From positions 1-45,551 of the forward strand of contig CAZRUM010000002.1 in NCBI GenBank assembly GCA_964603435.1: a DNA stretch of 45,551 nucleotides, written 5' to 3'. Positions 42,759-45,551 of the stretch are shown here, in pieces; position 1 is the first letter of the stretch, and every line of letters begins with the position of its first letter. The position numbers were made by a program, and so were the translations under genes. The notes under the pieces are model-generated. The model did no database searches. It worked only from the letters and a program-made list of their open reading frames with translations, and was not told the origin of the DNA. The stretch comes from an uncultured Gammaproteobacteria bacterium. GTDB taxonomy: Bacteria; Patescibacteriota; Patescibacteriia; Magasanikbacterales; UBA922.

Positions 42759-44012
42759 ATGAGTAATATTGTTATTCAAGGTGGTAAAGAGCTTTCTGGT
42801 AAAATAACTGTAAATGGAGCAAAAAACGCTGTTTTACCTATATTTGCCGCCACTCTTATTGCGGAAGGTGAATATTTACTTCACAATGTACCAAATTTAA
42901 AAGACATAGAGACTTTATCAGCCCTTTTGAGAGAGCTGGGCTTGGTAGTAGAAAAAGTAGGGGAACATGACTATAAAATTATAAATAATGGTATCACAAA
43001 AGTAGAAGCACCTTATGAATTGGTAAAAGAAATGCGTGCTAGTTTTTTGGTGATGGGGCCACTTCTTGCAAATAAAAAACAGGCCAGAGTGGCATTGCCA
43101 GGTGGCTGTGCTATTGGGACTCGTCCAGTCGATATTCATCTGAAAGGTTTTGAGGCCTTGGGTGCAACAGTAAAAATGGATCATGGTTTTGTAGAGGTGA
43201 GTGCAGATGAACTGCAAGGTGCAAATATGAAATTAGATTTTCCAACTGTGACTGGTACAGAAAATATTGTTATGGCAGCAGTACTAGCTAAGGGACAGAC
43301 AATTATAAGGAATGTGGCCAAAGAACCGGAAATTGTAAATATGTGCGAGATGCTAAATGCTATGGGGGCTAAGATTTCTGGAGCTGGCACTGACAAAATT
43401 GTTATTGAAGGTGTAGAAAAAATGAATGCCTGTGAATTTACTATTGTTTATGATAGAATTGAAGCTGGTACTTTTATTATTTTATCAGCTCTTACAAATG
43501 GTGGTGTTGAGGTTGAAAATGTAAATCTAAATCATTTGGAAGGTTTTGTAAAAAAACTTGAGAATATGGGGGTGGAAGTGACAGAAGAAGATGGTTTAGT
43601 AAAGGCAATAGTAAAAGATAAGTTAAAAGCAACAAAAATTACAACCGAGTGTTATCCTGGTTTTCCAACTGATCTGCAAGCCCAGATTATGGTATTGATG
43701 AGTCATGCTCATGGGGTAAGTAAACTAAAAGAAACAATTTTTGAAAATCGTTTTATGCATGTTCAGGAACTTGATCGTATGGGAGCAAAAATTGAGGTAG
43801 AAGGCAAAACTGCAGTGATAGAGGGTGGTATAAAATTTAGTGGTGCAGAAGTAAAGGCCACGGATTTACGCGCTGGAGCTAGTTTAGTTTTGGCTGGTCT
43901 TATAGCAGAAAATACTACCATCATTAGTGATATTTACCATATAGAGCGTGGTTATGAGGATCTGGTAGAGAGATTACAAAAGTTAGGGGCTAATATAAAA
44001 TATAAAGATTAA
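42759..44012 (+). CDS. murA: UDP-N-acetylglucosamine 1-carboxyvinyltransferase
   Basis: 417 aa; EPSP-synthase-like fold; active-site Cys in LPGGCAIGTRPVD. Confidence 0.9.
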   Translation: MSNIVIQGGKELSGKITVNGAKNAVLPIFAATLIAEGEYLLHNVPNLKDIETLSALLRELGLVVEKVGEHDYKIINNGITKVEAPYELVKEMRASFLVMGPLLANKKQARVALPGGCAIGTRPVDIHLKGFEALGATVKMDHGFVEVSADELQGANMKLDFPTVTGTENIVMAAVLAKGQTIIRNVAKEPEIVNMCEMLNAMGAKISGAGTDKIVIEGVEKMNACEFTIVYDRIEAGTFIILSALTNGGVEVENVNLNHLEGFVKKLENMGVEVTEEDGLVKAIVKDKLKATKITTECYPGFPTDLQAQIMVLMSHAHGVSKLKETIFENRFMHVQELDRMGAKIEVEGKTAVIEGGIKFSGAEVKATDLRAGASLVLAGLIAENTTIISDIYHIERGYEDLVERLQKLGANIKYKD

Positions 44013-44013
44013 T

Positions 44014-45099
44014 ATGAATGAAAAATACAAAGATTACATTGTACCAATTATTTTCTTTTTTCTCGGAGTGACAAGTCAATCTGGCTTTTTGATAATGCTT
44101 TCCATATTTTTACTTGTTTTTAAACTTTATAAAAATAAAAAAATTGATTTGAATACTTTAAATAATTTAAAAAATAAATTTAATAAAATTAATATTAATG
44201 ATTTGGCTCCCAATAACAATGAGGTGGAGTTTGATTCTAACAAAAAATATATGGAAACAATCAATCCAAAACAGGGGAAAAAAATAGGTATTTTAATTGG
44301 TCTGGGTGTGGTAGTGATTTTGATTCTTAGTTTTGCTAGTGCTTTTTGGGTAGTGATAGATGCTGGTGAAGCCGGTGTACAGTCATTTTTCGGTAAAGTA
44401 AAAGATCAAGAATTTAGTTCTGGCTTCCATCTAAAAAATCCATTGGTAAAAATTACCAAGATGAATGTGAGAACAAAGGATTATACGATGAGTATTATTC
44501 AGGGGGAAGGACAGAGACAAGGTTCTGATGTTATTTCTGCTCTTACCAAAGAAGGTTTGAGTGTTGATTTGGATATCACTGTGCTTTATCATTTGGTAGA
44601 AGAAAATGCTTCTGATATTTATAGGGACGTTGGTTTGAATTATGATGAGGTTATAATTCGTCCACAAATTAGAAGTGTAATTAGAGAAATTATTGCTCAG
44701 TATGAAGCTAAAGATATCTATTCAGAAAAGCGCCAAGAGGCTTCACAGGAAATTGCTGATAATTTAGTTACAAAGTTAGGACCAAGAGGAATTGAATTGG
44801 AAGAAGTTTTGATGCGTCACGTCCAATTGCCGGCTGATTTAGCACAAAGTATTCAGTTAAAATTACAATCAGAACAAGAGGCACAGCGCTATGACTTTTT
44901 ATTGCAAACAGAAACAAAAGAAGCTGAGAGAAAAATTATTGAAGCCAAAGGGCAACGCGATGCTCAACAGCTTATCAATCAGAGTTTGACTGAACGTTAT
45001 TTGCAATATTTATATATCCAGAACTTGCAAGATAGAGAAGGTACAATCTACGTCCCAACCAATGCTAACAATGGCGTGCCGTTGTTTAGAGGGATTTAA
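44014..45099 (+). CDS. SPFH/band-7 (prohibitin/HflK-like) membrane protein
   Basis: 361 aa; N-terminal TM helices; band-7 domain followed by a coiled-coil region. Confidence 0.7.
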   Translation: MNEKYKDYIVPIIFFFLGVTSQSGFLIMLSIFLLVFKLYKNKKIDLNTLNNLKNKFNKININDLAPNNNEVEFDSNKKYMETINPKQGKKIGILIGLGVVVILILSFASAFWVVIDAGEAGVQSFFGKVKDQEFSSGFHLKNPLVKITKMNVRTKDYTMSIIQGEGQRQGSDVISALTKEGLSVDLDITVLYHLVEENASDIYRDVGLNYDEVIIRPQIRSVIREIIAQYEAKDIYSEKRQEASQEIADNLVTKLGPRGIELEEVLMRHVQLPADLAQSIQLKLQSEQEAQRYDFLLQTETKEAERKIIEAKGQRDAQQLINQSLTERYLQYLYIQNLQDREGTIYVPTNANNGVPLFRGI

Positions 45100-45105
45100 G
45101 AAATA

Positions 45106-45140
45106 TAAAAAAGAAAACAGCCTCGAAAATGAGGCTGTTT
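45106..45140. terminator. bidirectional intrinsic terminator
   Basis: aaaacagcctcgaaaatgaggctgtttttaa contains a perfect 8-bp stem. Confidence 0.7.
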
Positions 45141-45211
45141 TTAATTGAGTTGAGGGGGCCCTGGCGCGCGAGAATGCGTGCCAGGGCTGTGGATCCAGAG
45201 TGGTCGGCGCT

Positions 45212-45478
45212 CTAGCTGAGGAGCGTGCGTTTGTAGCCAGGAGGGATAATCTCGATCGATTCAATATCCTCCGGGGAGATTGTGCGCGGACCTTCCTCGA
45301 TCTTGGTCCCATCACCATCTTCTCCCTCGTGGTAGGAATAGACCGCGAACGGTCCTTCATCATCCAGACGGTCTACGTTCTGGGTGTGAGCCCAGATTGT
45401 TGTTTTGTCTTTCAAGGAGATCTTGATTCCTTGACCTGCTGCTACTACGAGAGTGATTCTGACTTCTGATGCTTTCAT
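45212..45478 (-). CDS. hypothetical acidic 88-aa protein, GC-rich
   Basis: SD AGGAGA 6 nt upstream of the ATG on the minus strand; the GC-rich island runs from about 45140 to 45480. Confidence 0.45.
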   Translation of the reverse strand: MKASEVRITLVVAAGQGIKISLKDKTTIWAHTQNVDRLDDEGPFAVYSYHEGEDGDGTKIEEGPRTISPEDIESIEIIPPGYKRTLLS

Positions 45479-45551
45479 GACGTTCTCCTGGCCCTTAGGC
45501 CGGTTGTTTGGATTCTGGATATAGTAAAATTACCAAGATAAAATGAGTTTG

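Noticed and set aside
1-45551. CRISPR arrays, rRNA genes and tRNA genes
   Set aside because: I found no regularly spaced identical repeats with unique spacers, no rRNA-like conserved blocks and no GGTTCGANTCC T-loop motifs. The sequence most like a T-arm (TTCGATTCGC) belongs to the Family-1 repeat.

Overview
This window is an AT-rich, gene-dense bacterial chromosome segment in the standard genetic code. Its gene content (small proteins, few Shine-Dalgarno sequences on native genes, truncated uvrC, sparse dcw cluster) suggests a reduced-genome, CPR/Patescibacteria-like organism; this is inference. In order it carries a beta-CASP RNase (5' partial), a uvrB-uvrA-uvrC cluster, a reduced dcw cluster (mraZ-rsmH-ftsL-like-membrane ClpC-like AAA+-WecA/MraY-like transferase), rplU, dnaB-ybaB-recR on the minus strand, and a large envelope-glycan locus. 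That locus holds a GT4 gene, two CDP-alcohol phosphatidyltransferases, two very large polytopic membrane proteins, HIT and NUDIX genes, two WxcM/FdtA-like cupins, PGI/PMI, rmlB, an RmlD-like reductase, four tandem GT2 genes, a PEGA protein, murA and an SPFH protein. Three things stand out. (1) A dense family of short hairpin repeats, about 11 copies in 45 kb, with a conserved 5'-CGGGATYCTTCG...CTCAGRATT-3' architecture and a related shorter family with core CGTAGCTWTAGCGAAG. Copies sit in-frame inside uvrA, as 5' leaders ending in an AGGA Shine-Dalgarno directly before three start codons, flanking a GIY-YIG nuclease gene inserted between ybaB and recR, and as an inverted pair around a bidirectional terminator. 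(2) Several short GC-rich ORF-body islands with strong AGGAGG Shine-Dalgarno sequences are embedded in the AT-rich backbone. Two of them are second copies of the protein family encoded by the adjacent native gene (DUF523, CDP-alcohol phosphatidyltransferase), and one pairs a DUF523-like Fe-S-type protein with a PP-loop ATPase. (3) A roughly 1.3 kb GC-rich, ORF-poor, highly structured region lies between uvrC and mraZ, with two tandem promoter-terminator-bounded sRNA-like units. Other observations: a DUF559 endonuclease gene flanked by hairpin terminal inverted repeats, a promoter-to-terminator unit of two paralogous 46-47 aa tail-anchored peptides, a heptanucleotide repeat inside a GT4 gene, and a Pmra promoter overlapped by GTGGGG MraZ-box repeats. 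No rRNA, tRNA or CRISPR array could be supported.
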